Origin: Calditrichia bacterium
GTDB lineage: Bacteria > Calditrichota > Calditrichia > JAJRVZ01
DNA length: 64,000 nucleotides
Direction: 5' to 3'
Assembly: GCA_963796965.1 (NCBI GenBank)
Contig: CAWCNS010000006.1
Coordinates: 224,001-288,000, forward strand
Under the pieces are notes generated by a model. It saw nothing but the letters and a program-made list of their open reading frames with translations. It made no database searches and was not told where the DNA came from. Shown in pieces: positions 62,132 through 64,000 of this stretch; positions within the stretch are counted from its first letter, which is position 1, and every line of letters begins with the position of its first letter. The translations under genes were made by a program, and so were the position numbers.

Positions 62132-63673
62132 ATGATTAAAGTATTATCCAATGACCAGATGCGTCATATGGATGCTTACGCTATCCAAAATCTAAATGTC
62201 CCGGGTCTCATATTAATGGAGAATGCCGGGCGACATGCCTATGAATATATCTGTGGATTTATTGACAATCATAATTTAAATGGTTTGATCCAGGTATACT
62301 GTGGCAAAGGTAATAATGGTGGTGATGGATATGTGATAGCCCGACATTTATTTAATAACGGATACGACGTTAACATTATTACTATTGGTGATCCGACGAA
62401 ATTAAAGGGAGATGCAAAAACCAATTATGAAATCTGCAAGAATTATAATATTCAATTTTCCATTATCACCTCTATTGACCAGGTTACAAAAAATGCAACT
62501 CCCATTTTGATTATAGATGCCTTATTGGGCACGGGTTTAAAGGGAAAGATTACAGGCTTAGTTGAGGAGGTTGTTAATTATATCAATCAGCTGCCCACTC
62601 CCGTCATTTCGATTGATATTCCCAGTGGACTTAATGGTGATTCACCTGTTATTGCCGGTTCCTGCATTGATGCAGATTTAACCATAACAATGGCCTTACC
62701 CAAAAGAGCTCATATGTTTTATCCGGCAAAAAGAAGAGTGGGCACATTAGAAGTCGCCGACATTGGCATGCCTTCCTACCTTAAAAATGATCCTGGGCTA
62801 AATCTGAATCTTGTCGAACATTCCGATTTATCCTTTCCAGAAATTCTTGAAGATGACCATAAATATTCTGCCGGCAAATTATTTGTTCTAGCGGGTTCAA
62901 CCGGGATGACAGGGGCAGCTTCATTAGTTGCCAATGCCGCTCTTCGAACAGGAGTCGGGTTAGTGAATATAGGAATCCCCAAGAGCCTCAATCCTATCAT
63001 AGAGGTCAAAGTTACTGAGGGATTAACCATACCTCTGCCTGAAACAGATAGGGGAGGGGTTTCTGAAAGTGCAATTCCTCAGATTGAGGAGAGAATTCAA
63101 TGGGCCGATGCTGTCATTTTGGGACCGGGCTGTGGAAGAGAAAATGAAACCCAGACTGTACTGAACAATAGTATTGCGCTTTGTATCAGGTATAATAAAC
63201 CGGTATTGATTGACGCCGATGCTCTTTTTTCTCTTGCCTCAGATTCCTCACTCCTCCAGAAATTAAACAAATATACTCTTTTAACACCTCATCATGGTGA
63301 ATTTTTACGACTTACTTCCATTCAAAAAGATATTCTTTTGAACCAACCTTGGCAATGTTTAGAAGAATTTTTAACTGACAAGAATTTTTTTGTAAATTTA
63401 AAAGGGGCTCCTTCGATTGTCGGTGCTCCAAAAGATGGAATTTTCATAAATCCAACAGGGAATCCCGGTTTAGCTAAGGGGGGGAGCGGAGATGTTTTAG
63501 CGGGTATTATTGGGGGACTAATGGCAAAAGGACTTGACCCATTATCTGCAGCTATTACTGGAAACTATCTTCACGGTGAAGCTGCAGACATATTAGTCAC
63601 AATATATGGAGTAACCTCTCTCTTACCTTCTGATCTTATCGATATCTTACCAGAATTATTTGATCGACCATAG
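62132..63673 (+). CDS. nnr: Bifunctional NAD(P)H-hydrate epimerase/dehydratase
   Basis: LMENAG, GKGNNGGDG, DIPSG, DADAL, TPHHGE, GGSGDVLAG. Confidence 0.95.
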   Translation: MIKVLSNDQMRHMDAYAIQNLNVPGLILMENAGRHAYEYICGFIDNHNLNGLIQVYCGKGNNGGDGYVIARHLFNNGYDVNIITIGDPTKLKGDAKTNYEICKNYNIQFSIITSIDQVTKNATPILIIDALLGTGLKGKITGLVEEVVNYINQLPTPVISIDIPSGLNGDSPVIAGSCIDADLTITMALPKRAHMFYPAKRRVGTLEVADIGMPSYLKNDPGLNLNLVEHSDLSFPEILEDDHKYSAGKLFVLAGSTGMTGAASLVANAALRTGVGLVNIGIPKSLNPIIEVKVTEGLTIPLPETDRGGVSESAIPQIEERIQWADAVILGPGCGRENETQTVLNNSIALCIRYNKPVLIDADALFSLASDSSLLQKLNKYTLLTPHHGEFLRLTSIQKDILLNQPWQCLEEFLTDKNFFVNLKGAPSIVGAPKDGIFINPTGNPGLAKGGSGDVLAGIIGGLMAKGLDPLSAAITGNYLHGEAADILVTIYGVTSLLPSDLIDILPELFDRP

Positions 63674-63690
63674 AAGACTGGCTAGCTAGC

Positions 63691-64000
63691 CTAAACATTG
63701 AAGCGTACAGAGATGATATCCCCATTCTGGACAATATATTCTTTACCTTCTAATCTTAATAATCCTTTATCTTTACAGGCATTAAGACTACCCTCTTCAA
63801 TCAAAGTATCATAACCAACCACCTCAGCCCTGATAAATCCCTTATCCATATCTGAATGAATAGTCCCGGCAGCCTTTTGGGCATTTGTTTGTATTCGAAT
63901 TGTCCAGGCTCGGCATTCATCCTCCCCGACAGTAAAAAAGGATATAAGTCCGAGTAAATCATACGACTCTTTAATTAATTTTTGGGTGGCCGGTTCTGCA
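63691..64000 (-). CDS. ychF: Redox-regulated ATPase YchF, C-terminal part (truncated by window end)
   Basis: FFTVGEDECRAWTI, AAGTIHSD...GFIRAEV, RLEGKEYIVQNGD...RFNV*. Confidence 0.93.
   Translation of the reverse strand, partial: AEPATQKLIKESYDLLGLISFFTVGEDECRAWTIRIQTNAQKAAGTIHSDMDKGFIRAEVVGYDTLIEEGSLNACKDKGLLRLEGKEYIVQNGDIISVRFNV

Noticed and set aside
107..63030. Numerous 60-170 aa antisense or alternate-frame ORFs in the track
   Set aside because: Shadow ORFs overlapping well-supported genes, without motifs or RBS.

Overview
64 kb of AT-rich bacterial chromosome that is mostly housekeeping. The gene content (porX-tsaE linkage, Bacteroidota/Ignavibacteria-style RpoE and GroES-like genes, but with Shine-Dalgarno sites and sigma70/sigma54 promoters) suggests an FCB-group organism such as Calditrichota; this is inference only. 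Many genes, including essential ones (tsaE, tsaB, accD, guaA, holA), are split by single-base indels, densest at about 17.7-24.8 kb. I read these as long-read consensus errors and report the reconstructed genes. Recognisable content: CCA-adding enzyme, ssb, a class IIC group II intron (4319-6209, minus strand) inserted directly after a Rho-independent terminator, a cdd-udk-tdk-nupC-sppA-pgsA-punA cluster, porX-tsaE-tsaB-rimI-accD-surE-guaA-glmS, uppP, holA, two ECF sigma factors, mazG, a tRNA Pro-Arg-His-Glu cluster, rdgB, acpS, nnr and partial ychF. Best candidates for undescribed biology: (1) a four-gene trans-envelope cAMP signalling module (unknown secreted protein, stand-alone FecR-domain protein, large outer-membrane barrel, CHASE2 adenylate cyclase) at 12956-19663; (2) a self-contained sigma54 circuit at 38.9-42.3 kb (kinase, enhancer-binding protein, twin palindromic UAS, -24/-12 promoter, 71-aa unknown protein, pseudo-receiver, structured RNA); (3) a roughly 90-nt sRNA candidate whose terminator was the intron target and whose promoter lies in a 19-bp inverted repeat. 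No CRISPR array, prophage or defence island was seen.
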